A stretch of 64,000 nucleotides of DNA from Candidatus Bipolaricaulota bacterium. GTDB taxonomy: Bacteria > Bipolaricaulota > Bipolaricaulia > UBA7950 > UBA9294. A program made the position numbers and the translations under genes. Under the pieces are notes generated by a model, which ran no database searches, was not told the origin of the DNA, and was given only the letters and a program-made list of their open reading frames with translations. The stretch lies in contig JBFMGK010000029.1 in NCBI GenBank assembly GCA_040752575.1, positions 1 to 64,000 on the forward strand. The letters run 5' to 3'. Below are positions 29,462-39,060 of the stretch, piece by piece (position 1 is the stretch's first letter; each line of letters opens with the position of its first letter).

Positions 29462-30416
29462 CTCGGCCTCCCAGCGAGAGAAACAGGTTGAGAACCACGG
29501 CGTCGACGGCGACGAACGCCGCAAGCGCGCGGTGAGCGCGGTCCACGGCTTGGCACGCGCGTTCCCACGACCCTGCGCGGTCTCCCTCGGCTGCAGCCCG
29601 CCTGGCCAGATCGGCGGCAGCGGCCAAGAGGTCGGCGAGGAAGAGCACGACCGTGGGACGCTCCTGACCAGCGATCGCCGTAACCCCAACCGTGAGGAGT
29701 CCGGGGTCGCGACTCGCCGCCCGCCGGAGAAGGACGACAAGAGAGGCACGGCGGGCGATCGGATCTCCGGAGACGGCTGCACCGATGAGATCCGTCACCG
29801 CGGCACTCGCCGCGCGGCTCGACGCCTGTTCCACGAGGACCTCCAGGTTCTCTGGAGCGCTGAGGAAGGCGTCTAGCTCGCCGGGACGATCGACGAGCCG
29901 CTCGAGGACTCGTGCATCGGATGGCGAGTAGCCCGCGGCCTCGAGACGCGCGGTCCGCTCGTCGCCCGTCTCCGACCGCACTCGCCGGACCTGGCTGCGT
30001 GATACGAGGGTTGGCAGAAGATCGCTTGCGTTCTCGGCAAGGAGCACGAAGGTCGCACCGCGCGTCGGCTCTTCCAGCGACTTGAGCAGTGCGTTGGCCG
30101 CCTCGGGTGTCAGGTCCTCAGCTCGCGGCACGAGACATCCCTTGCGATCTGCCTGGAGCGGCGAGAACTGCAAGACTCTCAGGACGTCGCGGACCTGTTC
30201 GATGCCGACGGTGCCGCGTCCCTCGGCGGGGACAAGCTCGCTGACGTCGGGGTGGACGCCGCGTTGCGCCCACGTGACGTCGAGTGCCCGCTCCGATAGA
30301 AGCGGACCGATGAGCGTCCGACCGAGCGCGAGGCGGTCGACGCGGGGCGGGACCAGGAACAGCGTCGATGCAGGCGGCCCGCCTGCGGCGAAAGGGGCGG
30401 CGGTCGGATGGGTCAT
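29451..30416 (-). CDS. holB: DNA polymerase III delta-prime subunit (divergent)
   Basis: HPDV, IEQVR, AANALLKSLEEP, LLPTLVSRSQ; holB-ricT synteny. Confidence 0.8.
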   Translation of the reverse strand: MTHPTAAPFAAGGPPASTLFLVPPRVDRLALGRTLIGPLLSERALDVTWAQRGVHPDVSELVPAEGRGTVGIEQVRDVLRVLQFSPLQADRKGCLVPRAEDLTPEAANALLKSLEEPTRGATFVLLAENASDLLPTLVSRSQVRRVRSETGDERTARLEAAGYSPSDARVLERLVDRPGELDAFLSAPENLEVLVEQASSRAASAAVTDLIGAAVSGDPIARRASLVVLLRRAASRDPGLLTVGVTAIAGQERPTVVLFLADLLAAAADLARRAAAEGDRAGSWERACQAVDRAHRALAAFVAVDAVVLNLFLSLGGRDAR

Positions 30417-30423
30417 GGCGGCG

Positions 30424-30963
30424 TCAGCGTAACGGGGAAGCCGCGTCGGGGCAATTGGGCCGCTTGCCGCGAGCCAGTTCCTCGACGAAGTCGGCAAGGG
30501 CCTCGCCGTCGCGGGTCCCGAATCGGAGCGCTCCGTCCGGGAGCGCGACGCGATCGTCGGTCACGACCGCGGCAACGTCGATCTCGCCGGCGAGGGGATC
30601 GCGAGCGACGTCGCGGCCGCGACGGAAGATCTCGATCTTCGTCCAGGGTCCGTGTTTGTCTCCCTCGATCAAGACGAGGTCGCAGTCGGGGAAGAACCTC
30701 TCGAGGTCTGATCGGAGGTCATCCAGCGCTCCGCGGCCGAAAAACAGCGCGGACGAGGTGGCTCCGCGAAGAAGCGTACGATGTGCGCCTGCCTCGCGGT
30801 GGCGCGCACTGTCGGCGTCGCGGTCATCGAGGGTCGTGAGGTGCGGGGCGTGCTTCACGGTCCCGACGCGAAGCCCGCGCTCCGCGAGCCTGCGGAGAAG
30901 CTCCTCGATCATCCGGGTCTTCCCGCTGTCATGATGGCCGATGATAGCGATGGCTGGGATCAT
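30424..30963 (-). CDS. mobB: Molybdopterin-guanine dinucleotide biosynthesis protein B
   Basis: GHHDSGKT, VGTVKH, DS.RHREAGA, DLVLIEG.K. Confidence 0.85.
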   Translation of the reverse strand: MIPAIAIIGHHDSGKTRMIEELLRRLAERGLRVGTVKHAPHLTTLDDRDADSARHREAGAHRTLLRGATSSALFFGRGALDDLRSDLERFFPDCDLVLIEGDKHGPWTKIEIFRRGRDVARDPLAGEIDVAAVVTDDRVALPDGALRFGTRDGEALADFVEELARGKRPNCPDAASPLR

Positions 30964-32810
30964 GTCTCCTCCGGGCTCAAGGCGCCCTCAACGTCGGCGA
31001 GGCCGAGATCGCGCAGCGTGTCCCGGGTGGGACCGCGGCGATCGAACCCGCGGGCCGTGTACGCCGCGGCCACCGCGGTCTCCAGTTCCGCGGGATCGAT
31101 TGGGTGGCCGGCGCTCGCCCCGCGTTGCAGAGGCGCGCTGAAGCGCGGCGGGAGCACGTCGTGATCCCTTGTGTGGCCGGAGCGCCCGCTCAGAAGCCGA
31201 ACAAGCGCATAGGCTCTCGCCCCGATGGCGAGCATCTCACGAGAGTCGATCACCAAGCCCGTCGCCGCCTCGGCGAGCGAGCGCAGCGCCGGCAGGTTGT
31301 ACCCGGATCCGGTCTCGTGCACCGTGAAGTAACACGTGACGAGGGAGTTCGTGAACGAGCGCACGTTCTCGAACAGGATCGCCGGCCCAACCTTGTCGAG
31401 TAGGCTGAAACGATCGAGGGGCGACGTCAGGCCGAGTTCGGGGCAGGCGTCGGCTTGCTCGAGGGCCGTGTCGTGCATCCCTTCGAGGTGCGTCGCGCCG
31501 CGCGGCGAGGTGGCGTAGGAGATGCCGAGACCCTTCTTCCCTCGCGGCTCGTGCATCGGGATCTCCACTCCCTTGATCGTCATCGCGAAGTCCGCGGAGA
31601 GGTCTTGAGCGAACAGCTCGAGACCGTCGGCAAGACGATCGCCGATGCCCTCTCTTCTGGCGATCGCGTGGATCATGCCGATCAGCGCATGCGCGTCCCC
31701 CCAAGCGATGTCTTCTTGCACCAGCCCGCGCTCGTGGGCTTCCATAAGAAACGCGATGGCCACTCCGACAGAGATCGTATCCAAGCCGTAGTCGTTACAG
31801 AGCTGGTTCGCGAGCGCGATCGACGGGAGGTCCGCGTTACGGCACAGCGAGCCGAAGGCGGCAAGCGTCTCGTACTCGGGTCCGCCGAACTCGGGACGGA
31901 CCTCGACGCCGGCGAACGACGTCTTCACGATGCGCTTGCAGCGAACAGGGCACCCTGCGCAGGTGTCGCGTCCCACGAGGATGGTGTCGCGCATGCGCTC
32001 GCCGCCAATCGACTCGGCCGCAGCGAACGTGCCTTCGCGGAAGTTCTCGGTAGGCAGGATGCCTTGCTCAGAGAGCCAGGCGACGCCTCCGCCGGTGCCG
32101 TACTCACCGAACCGCTGCCAACCTTCTCCGAGGAACGTCCTGGCGTAGGCGATCCGCTCTCGCGCGAATCGTCGGGGATCGGCGAGCCGCTTCTGGAGTC
32201 CGCCGCGCACGACGATTGCCTTCAGTCGCTTGGCGCCCATGACGGCGCCGAAGCCCGGACGTCCGACAGCCCGGGTGCGATCGCTGATGATGCAGGCCTG
32301 GGAGACGAGTCGCTCGCCCGCAAGGCCGATCGAGCAGACGCGCGCTGCGGGATAGCGTTCGCAGAGCGCTTGCTCGGTCTCCAGCGTCCCGCGTCCCCAG
32401 AGGTCCGTTGCCGGGACGACCGTGCCTCGGCCGTTGGCGACGACGAGTGCGACCGGCGTGCGCGCCTGGTTGCGGAGAATAACGCCGTCAAATCCCGATC
32501 GGGCGAGTGCGTCCCCGAAGAAGCCGCCGGCGTAGGAATCGGCCACGGCCCCCGTCTTGGGCGAAACGGCGAGAACAGCGTGACGGCCGGCGCCGACAAC
32601 GCCCGTGCCCTGAAGCGGCCCCGTCGCGAAGACGAGCAGGTTCTCCGGTCCGAGCGGATCGACGCGGGCCGGGAGTTCCTCGACGAGGAGTCGTGCTGCG
32701 AGGCCCTTTCCCCCCAGGAGGCTCGCTTGCCACGCCTCGGGTATGTGGTACTCGGCGACAGATTCCGTTGCCAGGTCGACGTCCAAGTACTTGCCGTGCG
32801 CCGCGTTCAT
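30960..32810 (-). CDS. Tungsten aldehyde:ferredoxin oxidoreductase family protein (canonical motifs)
   Basis: LGGKGLA, GRPGFGAVMGAKRLKAI, TCAGCPVRC, GPEYET, CNDYGLD, RGATH; ATG 32810 with GGAGG RBS. Confidence 0.92.
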   Translation of the reverse strand: MNAAHGKYLDVDLATESVAEYHIPEAWQASLLGGKGLAARLLVEELPARVDPLGPENLLVFATGPLQGTGVVGAGRHAVLAVSPKTGAVADSYAGGFFGDALARSGFDGVILRNQARTPVALVVANGRGTVVPATDLWGRGTLETEQALCERYPAARVCSIGLAGERLVSQACIISDRTRAVGRPGFGAVMGAKRLKAIVVRGGLQKRLADPRRFARERIAYARTFLGEGWQRFGEYGTGGGVAWLSEQGILPTENFREGTFAAAESIGGERMRDTILVGRDTCAGCPVRCKRIVKTSFAGVEVRPEFGGPEYETLAAFGSLCRNADLPSIALANQLCNDYGLDTISVGVAIAFLMEAHERGLVQEDIAWGDAHALIGMIHAIARREGIGDRLADGLELFAQDLSADFAMTIKGVEIPMHEPRGKKGLGISYATSPRGATHLEGMHDTALEQADACPELGLTSPLDRFSLLDKVGPAILFENVRSFTNSLVTCYFTVHETGSGYNLPALRSLAEAATGLVIDSREMLAIGARAYALVRLLSGRSGHTRDHDVLPPRFSAPLQRGASAGHPIDPAELETAVAAAYTARGFDRRGPTRDTLRDLGLADVEGALSPEET

Positions 32811-32962
32811 CCCCGCCTCCCCACTGCTCGGGCGGGTGCATTCTACCGGGTCCGGTGTGGGGTCGGGCAACGCGGCGCGGTGCGAATCGGAGCGACCGGT
32901 TTGCGGGTGCCTGGCAGCAACAGGATAATCCCCCCAACCCGCTAGACGACCGAGGTGCACCC

Positions 32963-34591
32963 ATGAGAACGCTGTCTTCCGTCCTTCGCGAGACCACGAG
33001 GAAGTTCCCGACGCGGCCGGCCATTCTGGACCCGGCGGGTCCGTCCCTCTCCTACACCGACCTGGATCGAGAGGTGAACCGCCTCGCAAGAGGGCTTCTC
33101 GACCTGGGTGTCGGTAAGGGCGAGAAGGTGGGACTGTGGATGCCAAACAACGCGGAGTGGGTCGTTGCGTATTTCGCGATTGCCCGCATCGGCGCGGTCG
33201 TCGTCCCCATGAACACGCGCTACAAGACCCACGAGGTCGAGTACATCCTTGGGAATAGCGAGGCCACGACGCTCTTTGCCGTAGACGCCTTCGTCGGAAT
33301 CGACTACCTCACGATGATCGAGGAGATCCGGCCGCGACTCCCCAACCTCAAGCACGTCGTGATCGTGGGTCGGCAGCGCCCGGGCATGCACGCCTGGGAC
33401 GATGTTATCGAGCGCGGGTCGGTCTTGCTGAACGATGGTCGGATCGAGGAGAGAGAGTCCTCGTGCTCGCCTCAGGACAACGTGTTCATCTTGTACACGT
33501 CGGGTACGACGGGGAATCCCAAGGGGGCGATGCTGTCCCATCACAACATAGGACACAACGGGGAACAGGTTACCGAGGTCCTGCACGCGCACGAGACCGA
33601 TGTCTTCCTGTTGGCCGTTCCGTTCTTCCACTGCTTCGGCTGCGTGATGGGGATCGCCGGTGCGATCACGTGGGGGGCGTCGATCGTTCCGATGGCCATG
33701 TTCAAGGCCGATGAAGCCCTTCGCCTTGTCGAGCGCTTCGGCGTCACCGTTCTCTATGGCGTCCCGACGATGTTCGTTCTGGAGCTCGAAGAGGTTCGGA
33801 AGGGAAAGCCGGACGGCTCGGCCTATGAGATCGGCACGCTGCGTACGGGGATTATGGCGGGAGCGCCCTGCCCTGTTGAAGTTATGCGCGGAACGATGAA
33901 CGAGATGCACTGCAACGTGTCGATCGCGTACGGCCTCACCGAGGCGTCGCCGGTCATCACGATGACGCGCTTCGACGACCCGATTGCGCGCCGCGTCGAG
34001 ACCGTCGGCCGTGCCTTGGACGGGATCGAGGTGAAGATCGCCGATGACGAGGGCAGGGCTGTTGCAACGGGCGAGACCGGCGAACTCGCTTGTCGTGGCT
34101 ACAACGTGATGATGGGCTACTACAAGATGCCCGATAAGACGGCCGAGTGCATCGACCGGGACGGGTGGCTCTACTCCGGGGACCTCGCGACGAAGGATGC
34201 CGACGGGTACGTGCGCATCGTGGGCCGAAAGAAGGACATGCTGATCACGGGGGGCTTCAATGTCTACCCGGCGGAGATCGAGGAGTACCTGTTCACGCAC
34301 CCGAAGGTGTTGAACGTCTCCGTCGTCGGGGTTCCAGACGCCGTGATGGGCGAGGTCGCTGCGGTGTACGTGATCCCGCGCGAGGGGACGACCGTCTCTC
34401 CGCAAGAGATCGTCGACTACTGCGCGAGAGAAATCGCGAACTTCAAGGTTCCCCGCTACGTCGTGGTCGTCGACGAGCTGCCGATGACGCAGTCCGGCAA
34501 GATCCAGAAGTTCCGGCTGCGTGAGATGGCGCAGGCGGCGATGGAGCGAGGCCAGATGGCCAAGCTCTCTCCGAGTGGAGCAAAGAAGTGA
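32963..34591 (+). CDS. AMP-binding acyl-CoA synthetase
   Basis: YTSGTTGNPKG, PFFHCFG, AYGLTEASP, GWLYSGD, GRKKDMLITGGFNVYPAEIE, PMTQSGKIQK. Confidence 0.93.
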   Translation: MRTLSSVLRETTRKFPTRPAILDPAGPSLSYTDLDREVNRLARGLLDLGVGKGEKVGLWMPNNAEWVVAYFAIARIGAVVVPMNTRYKTHEVEYILGNSEATTLFAVDAFVGIDYLTMIEEIRPRLPNLKHVVIVGRQRPGMHAWDDVIERGSVLLNDGRIEERESSCSPQDNVFILYTSGTTGNPKGAMLSHHNIGHNGEQVTEVLHAHETDVFLLAVPFFHCFGCVMGIAGAITWGASIVPMAMFKADEALRLVERFGVTVLYGVPTMFVLELEEVRKGKPDGSAYEIGTLRTGIMAGAPCPVEVMRGTMNEMHCNVSIAYGLTEASPVITMTRFDDPIARRVETVGRALDGIEVKIADDEGRAVATGETGELACRGYNVMMGYYKMPDKTAECIDRDGWLYSGDLATKDADGYVRIVGRKKDMLITGGFNVYPAEIEEYLFTHPKVLNVSVVGVPDAVMGEVAAVYVIPREGTTVSPQEIVDYCAREIANFKVPRYVVVVDELPMTQSGKIQKFRLREMAQAAMERGQMAKLSPSGAKK

Positions 34592-35763
34592 GCCGGCGCG
34601 CGGCGAGGATCGAAGAGGACGTCGTGGCGCTCGCCCGCGACCTCATCGCGATCGAGAGCCACGCCCTCGCTCGGGGACGCGAGGCGGCCGTCGCGGAATA
34701 CCTCGCCGGATGGTTTCGCGCACGTGGAGTCGAGACGGAGCTTCTGCCCGCCGTCGGAGATCGCGCGAACCTTGTGGCTCGGGCGTCGTTCGGCGCGGGG
34801 CCGACGCTTCTCCTCAACGGTCATCTCGACACGGTGCCAGCTGGGGAGATGCAGGACGCGTTCGCGCCGCGCATTGAGAGCGGCATTCTGCACGGTCGCG
34901 GGGCCTGCGACATGAAGGGCGCGGTGGCGGCGATGGCGTGTGCGCTGCTTGCATGCGAAGCGGACGATGATGGGCGCCGCGCACTGCGCGGTACGCTCGT
35001 GTTTGCCGGGACCGTCGACGAGGAAACGGGGTCGCAAGGCGTGAAGCGTCTGCTGGAATCCGGCGTCACGGCCGACGCCGCGGTGGTTGGGGAGCCGACG
35101 GACCTGCGGCTGGCGATCGCGCACAAGGGAGCCTGCTTTGTCCGCGTCCGTCTGACGGGGCGAGGTGCGCACGGCAGTTGCCCTCAAGAGGGAACGAACG
35201 CAGCCTCCTACGGCGCCCGCGTTGTGGCGGCGCTCGAGGACCATCTGCAGCCTCAGTTGGCTAGGCGCAGCTACCCGTTGCTCGGTCCAGCGACGCTTTG
35301 TGTGGGGCGGATCTGCGGAGGAACTGAGCCGAACATCGTGGCAGAACGATGCGAAATCGACATTGATCGGCGGACGCTGCCGGGGGAGCACGACGCCCTG
35401 CGCGAAATCGTCGACGTGGTCGAGCGCGTCTGCGCGAACGTCCCAGGCTTGACCGTCGAGGTCTACGAGACCGAGCGCACGGCCGTCGTTCCTCACGTCG
35501 CGCTGGGCACACCGCCCGAGGCGCCGATTGCGCAGGCCGCGGCCGCTGCCTGTCGAGCCTTGGGGCTTGCCGACGAACCCGTGGGGGTGACGTACTGGAC
35601 CGACGGGGCCCACCTGGCGGCGAACGGCATCGAGACGATCGTGCTTGGGCCGGGGAAGATCGCCGATGCCCACGGCCCCAGGGATCAGGTTCGCGTCGCC
35701 GACCTCGTGACCGCCGTCGCGATGTACTCGGGGATCGGCAAGCGGATGCTCTCGGCGTCCTAA
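34588..35763 (+). CDS. M20 family deacylase/peptidase (ArgE/DapE-like)
   Basis: NGHLDTV, GRGACDMKG, DEE, VGEPT, AHKG, AHGS, GPG...AH. Confidence 0.9.
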   Translation: MSRRAARIEEDVVALARDLIAIESHALARGREAAVAEYLAGWFRARGVETELLPAVGDRANLVARASFGAGPTLLLNGHLDTVPAGEMQDAFAPRIESGILHGRGACDMKGAVAAMACALLACEADDDGRRALRGTLVFAGTVDEETGSQGVKRLLESGVTADAAVVGEPTDLRLAIAHKGACFVRVRLTGRGAHGSCPQEGTNAASYGARVVAALEDHLQPQLARRSYPLLGPATLCVGRICGGTEPNIVAERCEIDIDRRTLPGEHDALREIVDVVERVCANVPGLTVEVYETERTAVVPHVALGTPPEAPIAQAAAAACRALGLADEPVGVTYWTDGAHLAANGIETIVLGPGKIADAHGPRDQVRVADLVTAVAMYSGIGKRMLSAS

Positions 35764-35854
35764 TTGCCCTAGATCCTGATCACCTCTTGCCGTCACCCGC
35801 CGTTCCCGCGAGAATGGGTGTTCCTGGGAGGTACGAGGAGGGAGGGGCGCGGCC

Positions 35855-36688
35855 ATGGATCGTGAGCGGGGCGAGCGGCCCGAGTCGGCACTCGACAACC
35901 TTGCAGCGTATGGGTTCCGCCCCTTGGCTTCATGTTCCATCCCGCTGTACTACCAGCTCTACCTTGTGCTCCAGCGGGCCATCCGGGACGGCAGGATCCG
36001 GCCGGGGGAGCAGTTTCCCTCGGAAGAAGCGATCTCGGAACACTACAACGTGAGCCGCCCGACGGCAAACCGTGCCGTCGAGGAGCTGATCTCCCGCGGG
36101 TGGCTGGCGCGGCGGCGTGGACTTGGGACCTTCGTTCAGGCGGCCGAGACCGCCGAGCTCAGCCTGCTGAACGGGAGTCTGAGTTTCTCCGATGAGATCG
36201 GCGCCTTCGCCGATCACCAGACGCGGTTTGCGTCGCGGAGCCTGGTCGAGGGCCCCCGAGAGATCGCGGGCAGCCTCGGGTTGGAGCCGGGCGAATCGCT
36301 GGTCTACTTCCGGCGCGTTCATGCGGTGGGAGAACGCGTCGTGATGGTGTGCGACTCCTGGCTGCCGGCAGAGCGATTCCCCGGGCTGGAGACGACTCCG
36401 TTCGTCGAGGGAAGCCTCTTCCGCACGCTGGACGTCTCGTACGGCTGCCCTGTACGGCTCGCCGAGCGCAGAGTCGAGGCGGCGCAGGTGTTGGACGCCG
36501 AGGTTGCCGAGCTCCTGCTGGTGCCTCCGTTTGCGCCGATCTTGCTCATGACGGGAACCGCCTACGATGCTGCAAGGATACCCGTGGAGTGCATGGCGGC
36601 ATATGTAAAGGAGGGCGTTGCCTTTCGGAGCGTCATCGCGGCTCCGCGCGACGGAGAAACTCGAGAGGCGAACGCACACCGGCGCTAG
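35855..36688 (+). CDS. GntR family regulator, HutC/UTRA subfamily (copy 1)
   Basis: IPLYYQL, FPSEEAI, VSRPTANRAVEEL, RRGLGTFV; UTRA C-terminus. Confidence 0.9.
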   Translation: MDRERGERPESALDNLAAYGFRPLASCSIPLYYQLYLVLQRAIRDGRIRPGEQFPSEEAISEHYNVSRPTANRAVEELISRGWLARRRGLGTFVQAAETAELSLLNGSLSFSDEIGAFADHQTRFASRSLVEGPREIAGSLGLEPGESLVYFRRVHAVGERVVMVCDSWLPAERFPGLETTPFVEGSLFRTLDVSYGCPVRLAERRVEAAQVLDAEVAELLLVPPFAPILLMTGTAYDAARIPVECMAAYVKEGVAFRSVIAAPRDGETREANAHRR

Positions 36689-37254
36689 ACGATCTCTACG
36701 CGCCCAGCGCTATCGAGAACGCGCTTGGGAAAGCCCTGTGACTCGATGTCTCCGTAGTTGTGCCCCGCGTGCCCGGGATAGACGCAGAAGGACACGAGCG
36801 GGCGGCGCCCAACGTTGACCGAACGATGGGCCCAGAACGGCGGCACGTAGACCATTCGTCCACGGACCATGGACTCCCAGTGGCACGAGCCCTCGGCCGT
36901 CTTCATCAACATGATCCCCGCGCCCTGAAGCGCCAGGTAGACCTCGGCCGTGTCGGCCACGGTGTGATAGTGCCCCTTCGTCATGAAGTACTCGCGGCCG
37001 ACGGTCCCGGGTTCGAGCACGCTCACGCACACGAGAAGGTGCCCCAAGGCCTCCGGGATGGCCTTCTCGTAGACGCGATAGTGAACCGGGTCACCGTCCC
37101 GGATGAGGTCTTCAAGGGCGTCAGCGTCGGCGTAATGGCCCCGCATCGCGGACGCGCGGCGAACCACGACACGATCCGGCGACTCCATGGTCCCGTCGAT
37201 CAGGTCGAACTGCACCCCAAAGGGGAGCATCGTGGGACGTTCTTCCTGCTTCAT
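36685..37254 (-). CDS. Cupin (archaeal-type) glucose-6-phosphate isomerase family protein
   Basis: PGTVGREYFMTKGHYH, AEVY, YVPPFWAHRSVNVG, GHNYG. Confidence 0.88.
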   Translation of the reverse strand: MKQEERPTMLPFGVQFDLIDGTMESPDRVVVRRASAMRGHYADADALEDLIRDGDPVHYRVYEKAIPEALGHLLVCVSVLEPGTVGREYFMTKGHYHTVADTAEVYLALQGAGIMLMKTAEGSCHWESMVRGRMVYVPPFWAHRSVNVGRRPLVSFCVYPGHAGHNYGDIESQGFPKRVLDSAGRVEIV

Positions 37255-38207
37255 CCGTTGCGCACCTCCCGCGCGGCGCTCGACAGCGCATCGAACGCCG
37301 GACCCTGAGTCGGAATCTGAATGTGGAACACAGCGCTGATCACGCGCGTCCAGCCGTGGAGGAAATACACCCAGCCGTCTTCGACGTGAATCTGACGCCT
37401 GGCAGACTGGCCGCGCGCCTGGGCGAGGAAGAGGAGGTCTCCACGATAGTTGAAGTCCCAGGCCCACGAACCCTCGGGGAAGAGCGCCTCGTTGCTGATG
37501 GGGGATCCGGGCCGGTCCTTGCCGAGGCCGGTTGCATTGATGATGAGCGATCGCGGCGGCATCGCGGCAAGCAGACGGTCGTTGTCCTCAGGGGCGGGCG
37601 CCAGCTCGTAGCGAATCTCGAGGTTCGTCCCGAACGTGGCGTGGATGCGTCGCATCTCCTCGAGTCGGCCTGGGCTACGGTTCGAGACGATGATCCGTCT
37701 CGGGGCCGGCCGGCCGCGATCTGCGCGCTCGAGAAGGTTCACGGTAAGGGCGAGCGAGGAGCCGCCGGCTCCGAGAAGAAGGACCTCGCCTGCACCTTGT
37801 TCCCACGTTGAGGCGGGGAAGAACGCGTCGAGGGCGAGGCCGCTCGTGAGAGGATCGAAGGCCTCGCCCACCAGTAGGGCGCCGCGCTTCGAGATGCCGC
37901 TGATCTCGTGGAGGCGCGTTGCGTACGGGCCCAGCTCATCGAACAGGTCGCGGCACGCGTCGAGAAGATCGAGCTTGTGAGTTGTGACCAGGGCTCCCAT
38001 CGACAGAGAATCGCTTCGGATGTGTTCAACGACCGAGCGATAGGCCTCGGGCTGGTCGTGAAGCGCGAAGTCGACGCCGACGATCTGCGCCTCCAGTCCG
38101 AGCCTGTCGGCCCAGCGTGGGAAGACCTTCATGATCGACGACTTCGATGTGGTAACGCCCACGAAGTAGATCGTCGGAGTCCTCTGGGCCTCGAACCGAC
38201 GGGTCAT
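37251..38207 (-). CDS. Shikimate dehydrogenase-like NAD(P)-dependent oxidoreductase
   Basis: ALVTTHK, LLGAGGS, INATGLG, DFNY; lacks AroE HSLSP motif. Confidence 0.75.
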   Translation of the reverse strand: MTRRFEAQRTPTIYFVGVTTSKSSIMKVFPRWADRLGLEAQIVGVDFALHDQPEAYRSVVEHIRSDSLSMGALVTTHKLDLLDACRDLFDELGPYATRLHEISGISKRGALLVGEAFDPLTSGLALDAFFPASTWEQGAGEVLLLGAGGSSLALTVNLLERADRGRPAPRRIIVSNRSPGRLEEMRRIHATFGTNLEIRYELAPAPEDNDRLLAAMPPRSLIINATGLGKDRPGSPISNEALFPEGSWAWDFNYRGDLLFLAQARGQSARRQIHVEDGWVYFLHGWTRVISAVFHIQIPTQGPAFDALSSAAREVRNG

Positions 38208-38222
38208 CGACTTGGGCAAGGG

Positions 38223-39038
38223 CTAGTCATCCCACGTGGGTTCGAAGTCCGGCTGGATCATCCGTTCGCCGCGCGCGAGGGCGTGGATGCTCTTCATGTC
38301 TTCCGCGGACAGGGAGAAATCGAAGATGGCGAAGTTCTTCTCACTGTGTTCGCGGCTCGACGACTTGGGAATGGCTCCGACGCCGGGCTGCTGGAGGAAC
38401 CAACGGAGAGTGACCTGGGCGGCGGACTTCCCGTACTTGGCTCCAATGGACGTCAGAACAGGGTCGTCGTGGACCTTGCCGATCCCCAACGGGGCGTACG
38501 CCATGACGAAGGCGTCGTGCTTTCGCGCCGCAGCGATCACCTTGTCCTGAGCAAGGTAGGGATGGTATTCCACCTGATTGCAGAGGACGGGCGCCGCCTT
38601 GGCCGCGCGCTCGAACTCCGCAACGGGGAAATTGCTGACGCCAAGAGAGCGAACGCGTCCAGCGTCGACTTCCTTCTGCATGTGCGCGAGGGTGTCCTCC
38701 ACCTTGAACTTCGGATTCAGCCAGTGGATGAGCCAAAGGTCGACATACTCCGTGCGCAGCGCCTTCAGGCTGGCATCAAGGCTCTTGCGAAGCCCGGCCG
38801 GCGACATGTCGTCCATCCATGCCTTGGTCGTGATGAACAGGTCCTTCCGCGGAACGCCGGCAGCGGCGATGCCATCAGCTACGGCGGCTTCGTTCTCGTA
38901 GATTTCCGCCGTGTCCAGATGGCGGAAGCCGGCGCGAATAGCATTCGCGACGGCCCGCGCACACTCGTCTCCCTTCATGCGGAAGGTTCCGAACCCAAGT
39001 GCGGGCACCGAGACACCGTGTGACGTGACGAAGATCAT
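38223..39038 (-). CDS. Aldo/keto reductase (DkgB-like)
   Basis: LGFGTF, DTAEIYENE, ITTK, IHW, GVSNF, NQVEYHPY, IPKS. Confidence 0.93.
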   Translation of the reverse strand: MIFVTSHGVSVPALGFGTFRMKGDECARAVANAIRAGFRHLDTAEIYENEAAVADGIAAAGVPRKDLFITTKAWMDDMSPAGLRKSLDASLKALRTEYVDLWLIHWLNPKFKVEDTLAHMQKEVDAGRVRSLGVSNFPVAEFERAAKAAPVLCNQVEYHPYLAQDKVIAAARKHDAFVMAYAPLGIGKVHDDPVLTSIGAKYGKSAAQVTLRWFLQQPGVGAIPKSSSREHSEKNFAIFDFSLSAEDMKSIHALARGERMIQPDFEPTWDD

Positions 39039-39060
39039 GGGGATCCCTCTCCTTTCGATC

